A DNA stretch of 64,000 nt from Candidatus Kerfeldbacteria bacterium (GTDB taxonomy: Bacteria; Patescibacteriota; Patescibacteriia; UBA9570; XYC2-FULL-38-9), in NCBI GenBank assembly GCA_016182555.1, contig JACPGJ010000008.1, positions 386,555 through 450,554 on the forward strand, given 5' to 3'. The position numbers and the translations under genes were made by a program. The notes below the pieces were generated by a model. That model was not told the DNA's origin and did no database searches. It was given only the letters and a program-made list of their open reading frames with translations. Every line of letters starts with the position of its first letter. Position 1 is the stretch's first letter. This document shows, piece after piece, positions 18,228 through 27,221 of this stretch.

Positions 18228-19313
18228 TTATATATCGTGCAATTTTTTCAACATCATGGCTAAACCAAACTGAAGAGCATATTCAAACGATGCGGGGTTC
18301 ATGTCTGTTTGTTTTTGTATCGCATGCAAACGATATTCTAATGTATGCCGGTGAATACCTAAACTCTTTGCTGCACGCGAAACATTCAGATCATTATCCA
18401 ATAGGGCTTGTATTGAAGCAAATAACTGATCATCTTTTTTGTCCAGATGTTTACATACTAACTGCACAAAGCTGTTGGCGGCTTGAGGAGAAATATCGCT
18501 CAAAATAACGTACATGGGTATGGATTCATATAAAAATAACTGAGATTTTTTATACAAACGCGCAGCAATGCGAACCACATTTTTTAATGAAATAAATGCT
18601 GGTGACAACTGCTCAATAGAATAATGTTCTTCGCTTACTCCAATAATAATATGCGCACTAGCTAATTGTGGATGTGCATGTAGCTGTTTCAGAATATTGG
18701 ATGCATACACTTTCAGTTTCTGGCGCAACTTCGGTACAACAGAGCGCTTTGTTGGTGATAATTCCATCAATACCGCTATCTCTCCAAAACCTGTTGTATA
18801 GGTATACGTCATCGCAAATTCATTCATATATTGATTAAACACCTGTTGCACGAGCTGCAATATATCATCATTACATTTTACAGCCGGACTTATTTTTAAA
18901 AATGCATTGGCATAGGTATGCCCATTCGGAATATTAAATTTGTGTATAAACTCCACAAATTCATCTTTCTGTAAATCTCCATATAGCACATGTTTCCAAA
19001 ATGAACGCTTACTCTCTTGCAAGATACTCTGTCGTTCGTGGTTGACGTGCCTATCAATATCTTTGATATACTGTTCTATAATCATCTTTTCTCGCGGGGA
19101 AAGGGCTTCGTGGAGAACCGTATATCCAACAATGGAATTATTCGTTTGCAAAGGCAAAACCTCGATCGTGCGGTCTAATAAAAGAGTACTGATCTCTGAT
19201 GACAGTTCATGCGGCTGGGAGGCGAACAACACACGAGCGTTTACATCAATAATACTAAACTCAAACGGGAGGTGTTCGAATGTGTGCCGAATATGCTTGA
19301 TGAATAATTCCAT
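18228..19313 (-). CDS. PucR/CdaR-family transcriptional regulator
   Basis: C-terminal PucR-type HTH VSRAAKSLGIHRHTLEYRLHAIQKQTDMNP. Confidence 0.6.
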   Translation of the reverse strand: MELFIKHIRHTFEHLPFEFSIIDVNARVLFASQPHELSSEISTLLLDRTIEVLPLQTNNSIVGYTVLHEALSPREKMIIEQYIKDIDRHVNHERQSILQESKRSFWKHVLYGDLQKDEFVEFIHKFNIPNGHTYANAFLKISPAVKCNDDILQLVQQVFNQYMNEFAMTYTYTTGFGEIAVLMELSPTKRSVVPKLRQKLKVYASNILKQLHAHPQLASAHIIIGVSEEHYSIEQLSPAFISLKNVVRIAARLYKKSQLFLYESIPMYVILSDISPQAANSFVQLVCKHLDKKDDQLFASIQALLDNDLNVSRAAKSLGIHRHTLEYRLHAIQKQTDMNPASFEYALQFGLAMMLKKLHDI

Positions 19314-19381
19314 ATAGGTATATATACTCTAGTCTCATGAATTTCGGCAAGCTCAACTGTTGAAGTGTATCGTCCAGCTTA

Positions 19382-20401
19382 CTATTCATGAGTTCGATAT
19401 TGCTCAACTTCCGCCATCTCTGCAGCACGTTCTGCGGGAAGTTTCAAGGCAGCCATATATCCTTCGATGATTTCATTTTTTTCTTCGCCAGCACCTTCCT
19501 CAAACATCCATTCAATATGAAGTACTTGTGCAACGTGCTTCGGATCCTGCAATGCATATTGTAGCTGAACCCCCTCTTCCGTTATACGATATCCGGTAAT
19601 GAGGTAGTGAATATCGACATGAACATTTTTCCCGTGAATAGGAAATGAAGGGTTAAAATTCAGATAATCCACAATATCTTTTTCGGTGCCATAATCTGCA
19701 GTTTTTATTTTCGTGACAGCGGTCACCAGTCTACCGCTGACTCGATGTAACTGCCCATCATAGAATTCGGCAGTAAGCGTTGTATAGGAATAATAGCCAT
19801 CAACAACAACACGAACAATGGTTTTATTTTGAGTGGATTCCAACACATAATTCTTTCCAATCAGTAACTCCGGATGAGTTGCAATAAATTGTCGTATCAT
19901 CGACTCCTGTTCTGTATTAGTCAAATGTTTTTGATCTGAATAATCGAGGTATTTTACTGGAGTGAATAACTGAAATTCAAACATACTTGATTGATCGGGT
20001 CCACGAAATTCAATGTATGCACCATCCGTTCTATAGGTTATTCTGCCATCATCACTTTCTTCTATTGGAAAATTGAGAAATGCCGAATCAACACTTGCGA
20101 CGATAGGATCCGTATTCGATCGAGTCATTTCCATATACGTCATTTGATAGATGGGGAAAACCTGCGGCCACTCAAAAGTTGGTGAAAAACTATAATGCAC
20201 ATGTTTTCGAGTCCATTCATCAGCTACATAGATTGGATATGCTGTCGTTTGGTTGGTTTGTTCTGATATATTTCGAGTAACGATAACGCCAAGCACGGCA
20301 ATAAACACCAAAGAACTTGCCAATGCTGTTTTCCATTGCCAAGATGTCACAGGGGAATTTTTTTTCTTCATTTTTCTATCCATATTGTTTATTAATGCCA
20401 A
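19382..20401 (-). CDS. Membrane-anchored protein with large extracytoplasmic domain (anti-sigma-like topology), unknown function
   Basis: Short basic N-terminus, single TM (TALASSLVFIAVLGVIV), ~290-aa external domain. Overlaps a sigma-region-2 fragment gene by 10 nt. Confidence 0.4.
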   Translation of the reverse strand: MALINNMDRKMKKKNSPVTSWQWKTALASSLVFIAVLGVIVTRNISEQTNQTTAYPIYVADEWTRKHVHYSFSPTFEWPQVFPIYQMTYMEMTRSNTDPIVASVDSAFLNFPIEESDDGRITYRTDGAYIEFRGPDQSSMFEFQLFTPVKYLDYSDQKHLTNTEQESMIRQFIATHPELLIGKNYVLESTQNKTIVRVVVDGYYSYTTLTAEFYDGQLHRVSGRLVTAVTKIKTADYGTEKDIVDYLNFNPSFPIHGKNVHVDIHYLITGYRITEEGVQLQYALQDPKHVAQVLHIEWMFEEGAGEEKNEIIEGYMAALKLPAERAAEMAEVEQYRTHE

Positions 20402-20586
20402 TTTCCATTCCGGTCGAGGCGCGTCGCTGGAATGTGATGTTCAAATGCTTTCAAGAAAGTTTCACTGGCTAAATCTTCCGCAATTTCTTGCTGTTGATTC
20501 ACAGCAAAAAAGAGGAATCGATAAATTTCATCAATATGTTGTGTGTAGCGCTGTGCAAATAGCTGAGAATGATGATTCATGAACAT
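20392..20586 (-). CDS. Sigma-70 region-2-only fragment (64 aa), possibly pseudogene or split ECF sigma
   Basis: FLFFAVNQQQEIAEDLASETFLKAFEH matches ECF sigma region 2.1-2.2. No region 4. Confidence 0.4.
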   Translation of the reverse strand: MFMNHHSQLFAQRYTQHIDEIYRFLFFAVNQQQEIAEDLASETFLKAFEHHIPATRLDRNGNWH

Positions 20587-20652
20587 GAGTCAATGGTTCT
20601 GCTGGTATATACGTTTGGGAAGCAGAAAGGTGTCACAGACGCGTTTATGCCA

Positions 20653-21225
20653 TTACAATGAACATTTTGTGTATATCCATATTTGTTTTTTGGAATACGG
20701 AATGTTTATCTCTTGCTTTGAAAAGGCTGGGTGATCCGGCAGTGGAAAGGTGTGACAGATGACAACGGCCCCCGGGCGTAATTCTTTAGCGAATTTTTCC
20801 AGCAGTTGTGGCATGACCACTTGAATCCAGTAACCCACCACAGCGTCGACATTCTGGAGCGAGTACGCAAACATATCGCCGGTGATAATCGTGGGTCTGC
20901 CCTTCTTTCGCCAGAAGAAAAAACGTGCACGAGCAAAAAAATTTAATGCACGGTTATGCTCAACTCCTACCAATTCCGCAGCACGATGACGCTTTCCAAT
21001 GGCCAGCAGCAATTCACCCGTGCCAGAACCAAGGTCCACAATTTTTTTTCTGCCGTCGAGTACTGGTAACCGCGCAATCGCTCGTTGCGGAACCCAGTTA
21101 CTTGGTGCATACGGAAGTGATTCATGAAAGAATAAAATAAATAATACGAGTCGAATAACAATTCGAAATAATACAAACAGCAAAATGAATTGCACGCCAA
21201 CAAATATCCACGCAATCCAATTCAT
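20653..21225 (-). CDS. Membrane-anchored class I SAM-dependent methyltransferase (paralog of 11638-12174)
   Basis: N-terminal TMs followed by motif I KIVDLGSGTGELLLAIG. Confidence 0.55.
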   Translation of the reverse strand: MNWIAWIFVGVQFILLFVLFRIVIRLVLFILFFHESLPYAPSNWVPQRAIARLPVLDGRKKIVDLGSGTGELLLAIGKRHRAAELVGVEHNRALNFFARARFFFWRKKGRPTIITGDMFAYSLQNVDAVVGYWIQVVMPQLLEKFAKELRPGAVVICHTFPLPDHPAFSKQEINIPYSKKQIWIYTKCSL

Positions 21226-21238
21226 ACTTTATACTCCA

Positions 21239-21979
21239 CTATTCCACAATACTCTTAAAATCGAGACAACCTTTGTTCACTAGGTTTTGTGCAACATCAA
21301 AATTCACATTACTCGCTTTTTCAGCAATCGTATTTTTTAATGCCGTTGCCCCTTCTCCTGTTTTAAATACCTGTATTATTTGTTCTACTGTGCTTTGGGC
21401 ATTAGCTGTACTCGGCAAATCAAAAACATGTTCTTCGAAATTAATAACCACCAGTTTTGGATTTTTCGCATACTTCACCAAATCCACTGGGCTCGTGGGC
21501 AGTCCTTCTTCACCGTTAAATTGATATAACCCATACGCCAAAATCTTTTCGTGATCTTGCGTATCACCAAATATTGTTACTTTTTGTGGTGTCATACCCT
21601 TCGTCGCAAGCAACTTCTTGGCATTTGTCACACTTTGCCACAACATCAGCGAGCAATCGTCTCGCCATACCTGAACATTTCTTGCAGTAAGATCATTTTT
21701 ATCAACCACCGTGTTAAAATAATTCTCCATCACTGCTGCCTCAGAAGTATCTTTTAATGCGCTATACGTTCCCGTAAATATCACCGCATCTACATCATTT
21801 TTTTTATAGTTCACATACTCGACAACATCATCAATATAGGCTTTATACTGTTCGTTGGATTCCCCAACGATACCATACGCTGGCACAACCACCACATGTG
21901 TTTGGTCTTTTTTCAAGCACCCTGGAAGAATGATTAAAGCGACGGCAAGCACGAGGTAAAAACGTTTCATAGGTAACAT
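21239..21979 (-). CDS. Lipoprotein, unknown function (possibly DUF218/YdcF-like)
   Basis: Signal plus lipobox MKRFYLVLAVALIILPGC. No recognized catalytic motif. Confidence 0.4.
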   Translation of the reverse strand: MLPMKRFYLVLAVALIILPGCLKKDQTHVVVVPAYGIVGESNEQYKAYIDDVVEYVNYKKNDVDAVIFTGTYSALKDTSEAAVMENYFNTVVDKNDLTARNVQVWRDDCSLMLWQSVTNAKKLLATKGMTPQKVTIFGDTQDHEKILAYGLYQFNGEEGLPTSPVDLVKYAKNPKLVVINFEEHVFDLPSTANAQSTVEQIIQVFKTGEGATALKNTIAEKASNVNFDVAQNLVNKGCLDFKSIVE

Positions 21980-22019
21980 AGAGATAATATTTTATTGTAC
22001 TATACCATAAAAAATCTCA

Positions 22020-24299
22020 TTATTTGAATGTGACCGTTCGAGAATGAGTACGTGTATATTCTGCGCGATCTTTTTTTGCTGGCTTCCACACAGCGCGATA
22101 TTTTCCGCGGGTTCCCACAGCAAACTGTATTTGCACTTTCCCATTCGCGTTTGTTTTTACGGTATTCACTAACTTCCATTTTCCTAATTTCTTTTTATAG
22201 ATACCAACAACACGCTGGTCAAGCGCTATGTTAGTGGTGGCATCTTTCAGTGTAACAGCAAGCACACGCTGTGAATGCTTTTTCACCGTTAATTTTCCAA
22301 GTGAGTGTGCGTTAAATACTCCACGGTCATTGCCAAATGTTAACGCATCAAACAACAATGCGTAGAAAAATTCTTGCTTCAACCCGGTATAATACACCCC
22401 CCAACTCTCACCTGCGTCACTCGATTTATAAATCACTCCATTTCCGGAATCATCATCTTGGCCAGCCATATACAATGTTGTTGGTGAGCTGTCAGCATCA
22501 GCAACAATGGTGTCTAAGTGGTTCACCTGTTCCAATCCATCGCTGATTGTTGACCACGTGGAACCGCCATCTGTGGATTTATACAAACTGCCTTCTGTCG
22601 ATTCTGCCTCTGCAGTGATAAACATTGTTTGCGAATCATTGGGATCAACAAGAATATCATTGATAACAATATTATTAAAATTCTCTTCCAACTTCGTCCA
22701 TTCATCACCGTCAAATGTATATACACCGGTTGGTTGCGCATCACCGCCAATGCCCACAAACAAAGTATCATTGTCACCAACCGCCAACGCAGTCGCGGGC
22801 AAATCATCTGTCAAATTCAAACTCACCCACGTCGCGCCGGAATCAGTACTCTCGAGAACGCCGCCGGTATCATCTAATGAAATACTACCGTTCATAAACA
22901 CGGCATAAAATGTATTTTTATCCACACGCGAAGGCATAATCTCCAACACTTGCCCCGAAAATTCAGGTGTTTCTGCGGCTACCCAGGTGGAACCGCCGTC
23001 TGTAGAGCGGTAGATCACCGCACTCATTCCGGCAATCAAGGTATCGTTGTCATTCGGATCAACAAACATGCTCGTTGGTGTGGAAGAACCATCTGGTAAC
23101 ACCGGGTATTCCCAATCTGGCGCATCATCGGTAAAATTCGTGGTGTGCGCAAGCCCACCATTCGCCGCAATCCACACCACATCTTTATTTTCTGCTTGGC
23201 TAATACTGTAGGTTTTGACTTGGGTAATCCCTTCCACCACATCCACCCAACTGGAGCCACTATCTGTACTTTTCGCCACGCCATACGGGGTATTGCTGAA
23301 TAACACCGTTTCGTCAGTTGGATCAATAAATATACGATCAGCAGATACGCGAGAATTCGGTGTTTCTGTGGCCATCTCTGTCCAGGTCGGTGTTTCACTT
23401 TGCGCATTGTCGGAATAATATTGGCTGATATATAACCGGCCATTGGTATCAAACGCGCCGATCGTTGAACCAATCCTATTCTCGCCATTCGTTAATTCCA
23501 ACCAGGCCACGCCGCCGTCCAAGGTATGGTAACTGGCGGATTCCGGATCATAGGATACCAGAACCAAATGATCGTTGTTGGTTGGATCAACCAATATGGT
23601 ATAAAACCGGTCACCCGTTGCCACGCCAGCAGAAGTCACATCCATCGTTGTCCAAGTACTTCCATCATCTGTACTCGTAAACAGATAAGATGTATCGGCG
23701 TCATTCAATACCGCATACGCCGCACCATCTTGCGCTACCGCAAAACTGGTGACATAGACACCACTCTGTTCTTCAGAAAGATCTACAATAACAGCAGCAG
23801 ATTGATCCATAGTCATTGACAGAATTCCACCGCCGGTCAGTGCCACATGTAATCGAGTATCTGAAATGAACATCGCTTCCGAAAGCAATGCGCTCCCTAA
23901 ATCCAACTCCATCACCTCCCAGTTCTCACCATGGTCAGTGCTTTTGAGCAAATCATCGCCAATCAACGCATACACATCACCAGTTGCCGGATCTACTTCC
24001 ACCGCATACGCCGCACCAAAATTGGTGTCATTCGGCAGACCTTGCCACGTTTCACCACCATCACTGGAATGAAAAATACCATTCGGACCACTAATGGCCG
24101 CATACACATACGCATCGTCATTTGGATCGATAGCGATATCGTTTGGTGGCCCGCCAAACAACCCTAAATTTGTTGCTATTGCTGTTTTTTGAACATCGGC
24201 CAATAAATTATTTGTCGCTGCTATCGCTGGTACGGTGAATGACATAACACCAAACTGAATACAGAAAGCGTTTATCAATATAATGAAGAACCTCCTCAT
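22020..24299 (-). CDS. Secreted BNR/Asp-box repeat beta-propeller protein (sialidase/sortilin-Vps10-like fold) with basic C-terminal tail
   Basis: At least 9 Asp-box repeats S-x-D-x-G-x-T-W (SSDGGETWQ, STDHGENWE, STDDGSTWT, STDSGSSWV, STDGGSTWV, STDSGATWV, STDGGSTWS, SSDAGESWG). N-terminal signal peptide. Lys-rich C-terminal ~100 aa. Confidence 0.7.
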   Translation of the reverse strand: MRRFFIILINAFCIQFGVMSFTVPAIAATNNLLADVQKTAIATNLGLFGGPPNDIAIDPNDDAYVYAAISGPNGIFHSSDGGETWQGLPNDTNFGAAYAVEVDPATGDVYALIGDDLLKSTDHGENWEVMELDLGSALLSEAMFISDTRLHVALTGGGILSMTMDQSAAVIVDLSEEQSGVYVTSFAVAQDGAAYAVLNDADTSYLFTSTDDGSTWTTMDVTSAGVATGDRFYTILVDPTNNDHLVLVSYDPESASYHTLDGGVAWLELTNGENRIGSTIGAFDTNGRLYISQYYSDNAQSETPTWTEMATETPNSRVSADRIFIDPTDETVLFSNTPYGVAKSTDSGSSWVDVVEGITQVKTYSISQAENKDVVWIAANGGLAHTTNFTDDAPDWEYPVLPDGSSTPTSMFVDPNDNDTLIAGMSAVIYRSTDGGSTWVAAETPEFSGQVLEIMPSRVDKNTFYAVFMNGSISLDDTGGVLESTDSGATWVSLNLTDDLPATALAVGDNDTLFVGIGGDAQPTGVYTFDGDEWTKLEENFNNIVINDILVDPNDSQTMFITAEAESTEGSLYKSTDGGSTWSTISDGLEQVNHLDTIVADADSSPTTLYMAGQDDDSGNGVIYKSSDAGESWGVYYTGLKQEFFYALLFDALTFGNDRGVFNAHSLGKLTVKKHSQRVLAVTLKDATTNIALDQRVVGIYKKKLGKWKLVNTVKTNANGKVQIQFAVGTRGKYRAVWKPAKKDRAEYTRTHSRTVTFK

Positions 24300-24351
24300 A
24301 TATGCTTATAAAATCAATAGTTAATATGACTCCTATTATGATCCATTTCCT

Positions 24352-24780
24352 TCACAGATGCAATCTCAAAAATTTTTTTAGATAAGGATGTATGTAGTAA
24401 ACCACGAACATTGCGAGCAGCCCCCATATCAGCGCATGTATGGGGTCGGTGTAGCGGCCAAGTGTGAACGGAAAACCGCTATAATCCCATAACCGGCGCC
24501 CCAAAAACCATTCGCTAAACATTCCACCACTATATTCATACATGCCAGCAGTCACGGCATAGAACACGACCTGCTGCCAAAAATGCCATTTTTCAATAAC
24601 CGGATGAATCCAAATAATGGCGATAGCTGCAATGCCATACATTGGGCTAAATGGAATTCCTAATGCATTGCCTGTTTCCCAACGCATGTCGTAGAGTGAC
24701 CGTGTGGTTGAATCGATTGCCCACCCAAAAACACTATAGAAAATAAATGAAAAGAAAACCTCCTTTTTATTCATATACAC
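24352..24780 (-). CDS. Hypothetical small polytopic membrane protein
   Basis: Four predicted hydrophobic helices, Trp/Tyr-rich. No family assignment. Confidence 0.35.
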   Translation of the reverse strand: MYMNKKEVFFSFIFYSVFGWAIDSTTRSLYDMRWETGNALGIPFSPMYGIAAIAIIWIHPVIEKWHFWQQVVFYAVTAGMYEYSGGMFSEWFLGRRLWDYSGFPFTLGRYTDPIHALIWGLLAMFVVYYIHPYLKKFLRLHL

Positions 24781-24894
24781 ATATTACAATATTTTCGTGA
24801 ATACAGAAAATACAATCGTATGCCGTATATCAATTTAGACAAGCGGAAAAATTTTTCCCTTATATTCCGACAACAAATTGTATATAAAAAACGG

Positions 24895-25017
24895 TGTCCC
24901 GATAGGCAAACTCATGTGCAGTGAGTGTATGCCCCGAACACCGTTTGACTACTCTTTACTCAGGTGGCACCTGAGAAGAGTGTTGATTGCGCACGAGGGC
25001 GAGCTGCCCTCTTTTTT
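24895..25017 (+). ncRNA. Candidate small structured RNA (two long hairpins plus intrinsic terminator), antisense to the 3' end of ORF 24956-25399
   Basis: Hairpin 1: AAACGGTGT...ACACCGTTT with nested GGCA/TGCC and ACTCA/TGAGT. Hairpin 2: ACTCTT-ta-CTCAGG-tggca-CCTGAG-AAGAGT. Terminator GAGGGC-gagct-GCCCTC-TTTTTT at 24995-25017. Locally elevated GC. Confidence 0.3.
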
Positions 25018-25399
25018 CGGATGGGCCAGCACCCTCTCCGGGGATGAGCCGGAGAAGCGGTTTTGGTCTGGTGCCCTGTGGTTGTGATTCCATAGGGATG
25101 AGCCAACCGAAACCTGTTAATACCAGCCATGGTATTGACCCAAATCCAACCACCGTCACCGTTAACAATACCACCCGCAGGGAGGCCGGTGCGGCAAGTT
25201 GATTACAAAAATCGTTTGCTTCCTCCACCCCATATACAATATTTGCCCAAGCCATCCCAGCGATGGCCAAAAAAGCGATAAACGTAGCCCTATCGTAAAA
25301 CTTCATAAGCCCTCCACTTGCCCCATACACCACAATCACAGTGGCACGGGGGCATAAATTTTTCAAAAAACAGTTCCGCAACATTGCAGAACAGTACAC
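24956..25399 (-). CDS. Hypothetical small membrane protein (C-terminal 40 aa low-complexity, overlaps candidate sRNA)
   Basis: Hydrophobic helices (FIAFLAIAGMAWANIVYG; VVLLTVTVVGFGSIPWLVLTGFGWLI). Start site uncertain. Confidence 0.3.
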   Translation of the reverse strand: MYCSAMLRNCFLKNLCPRATVIVVYGASGGLMKFYDRATFIAFLAIAGMAWANIVYGVEEANDFCNQLAAPASLRVVLLTVTVVGFGSIPWLVLTGFGWLIPMESQPQGTRPKPLLRLIPGEGAGPSEKRGQLALVRNQHSSQVPPE

Positions 25400-25512
25400 T
25401 ATATTTCAAAAGTATTATTTTGTCAATATATATATGGTGATAATTATATGACAAAATATACTTGATTTATTTATTCAATATGCTATAATGTCATATATAA
25501 CATGACAAAAAT

Positions 25513-26271
25513 ATGATTTATTCAAAAGATCTTCAAACAATTGGATTTTCAAAAAACCAAGCAAAGGTCTATCTTGCTCTTTTTAATCTTGGGCAAGCGA
25601 AGGCATCCGCACTTATTGAAGCTACAGCATTGCATCGCAATCTTGTGTATACAGCCTTACAATCACTGGTGACGAAAAAACTGATTACCACCACCACAAT
25701 CCGCGGTGTTGCCTATTTCAAAATGCTTGATCCCGAACGAATTCTGAATGAAATTAAAATGAAAGAAACCGTCGCCCAACAATTCGTTGAAGAACTGCGT
25801 GCACAACGCAAACCACATGCGCAAGAAATTGTTGTATATGAAGGAATCGATGAAGTACGAAGGAAAGAATTAGAAAGTTATACGAATATGAAAAAAGAAG
25901 GAAGCATGTATTATCTTGGAGCATCTCCTCATTGGCATGAAGCCATGGGTGAACAACTGATACGTCAAATGACGCGTATCCAACGCGAAAAACAAATCAC
26001 TATTTATGGTATTGTCAGCACCAAAACACCAGAACTTGATTATTTTATGCATAATCGCAAACTCACGCACATTCAATATATTCCACACATCACTTCAGCA
26101 ATCAGTGAAACACAAATTCTTGCTGATCGTATCATGATTAAAACTTTTCTACCCCCTTACGCTGTTGTGGAAATTATCAACCCTGATATTGCCAAAAACT
26201 ACCGTGACTATTTTGATTTTATGTGGAAAGGCGCAAAAAATACAGTTGAACACGATATCACCACTGCGTGA
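25513..26271 (+). CDS. TrmB-family transcriptional regulator (paralog of 31088-31855)
   Basis: N-terminal TrmB wHTH (LQTIGFSKNQAKVYLALFNLGQAKASALIEATALHRNLVYTALQSLVTKKLI) and C-terminal sensor-like domain. Confidence 0.6.
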   Translation: MIYSKDLQTIGFSKNQAKVYLALFNLGQAKASALIEATALHRNLVYTALQSLVTKKLITTTTIRGVAYFKMLDPERILNEIKMKETVAQQFVEELRAQRKPHAQEIVVYEGIDEVRRKELESYTNMKKEGSMYYLGASPHWHEAMGEQLIRQMTRIQREKQITIYGIVSTKTPELDYFMHNRKLTHIQYIPHITSAISETQILADRIMIKTFLPPYAVVEIINPDIAKNYRDYFDFMWKGAKNTVEHDITTA

Positions 26272-26307
26272 ATTCGCTCTCGATGAAGTTTATTCCGACT
26301 CACAATT

Positions 26308-27090
26308 TTATACCGGCCGTAATGTACCAGCAAATACTTGCCAAGCCAGTAAAGACTTGGCAACCAAACTCATAATAATGTAGACTTTCTCACCGTAGGT
26401 GTAGTCTTTCCACTTGCCTACCTTCTTGTACTGTAGCACCATATTCACCGCAAACGAGTTGAAGAAGAGAAACATTGAGAAGAAAATCCAATACACAAAT
26501 GTTGGCGCATGATGATCCGCATCACCGGAAAAAACTAAATAGCACGCAATCACGATCCACGGAATGGCGCCAGCAATGCAACCAAAAATGTAGGCTGTCC
26601 AATTGGTTTTTTTAGTCGATTGATTATGCAATTCCATCATCCAACCAAATAAAATCATCATCGCATTTAAACCAAACATGAGGAGTAAGCTAAAAACATC
26701 ATAGATGCCAACGAGCATGCCAATCACTACAATCATGAGCGACGAGCTCAGTGAATATTCAACCCAACGCGCATAGTTCGCGCCTTTTTTCAAATTCTTC
26801 ACATACCATTCATATATACCGGGTAATGACACCAATAAATGTGCCAAGGCCGACAGCGCAAAAAAACCCGCAACCAATGGTCCAACGGGTATTGTGGTTA
26901 ACTGCTGCAAATGTTGTTGCAGTGTAAATGTACGCGTATTAAAATTTAAAAATGCGGTCGTTAATGGCACTGCAAAAGAATTGCTCAACACCAGCACAGC
27001 CATAGCTTGTATGGCATGCAAGAAAAACATGACGATGTTCCACCGCCGAAGATTACGAAACGTTTTTGTATTTGGCATACTCCTCCTCAA
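26308..27090 (-). CDS. Heliorhodopsin (7-TM retinal-binding protein)
   Basis: Strong collinear identity to heliorhodopsin 48C12: RWVEYSLSSSLMIVVIG (48C12: RWVEYSLSSSVMIVLIA), MILFGW, FGCIAGAIPWI, SMFLFFNSFA, and the TM7 Schiff-base lysine in YIIMSLVAKSLLAWQVFAGTL (48C12: YIVLSLVAKSALAWQIFSGTL). Confidence 0.85.
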   Translation of the reverse strand: MRRSMPNTKTFRNLRRWNIVMFFLHAIQAMAVLVLSNSFAVPLTTAFLNFNTRTFTLQQHLQQLTTIPVGPLVAGFFALSALAHLLVSLPGIYEWYVKNLKKGANYARWVEYSLSSSLMIVVIGMLVGIYDVFSLLLMFGLNAMMILFGWMMELHNQSTKKTNWTAYIFGCIAGAIPWIVIACYLVFSGDADHHAPTFVYWIFFSMFLFFNSFAVNMVLQYKKVGKWKDYTYGEKVYIIMSLVAKSLLAWQVFAGTLRPV

Positions 27091-27221
27091 TTAATTTAAT
27101 TATAAAATATACTATAGCATAATAGTAAAATATATTCCTAAAAATGGCTATCATACATTCGCATTTTCAAAATTCGATAGTTTAAAGGAGCGTCGGCCCA
27201 TATACTCGATTTCTTTTTCAT

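Noticed and set aside
24930-25020. SRP (4.5S) RNA or 6S RNA identity for the hairpin cluster
   Set aside because: Partial resemblance to the SRP helix-8 region (ACTCTTTACTCAGGT), but the conserved GGAA tetraloop / AGCAGC motif is absent. The fold is three separate hairpins rather than one long helix. It is kept only as a generic sRNA candidate.
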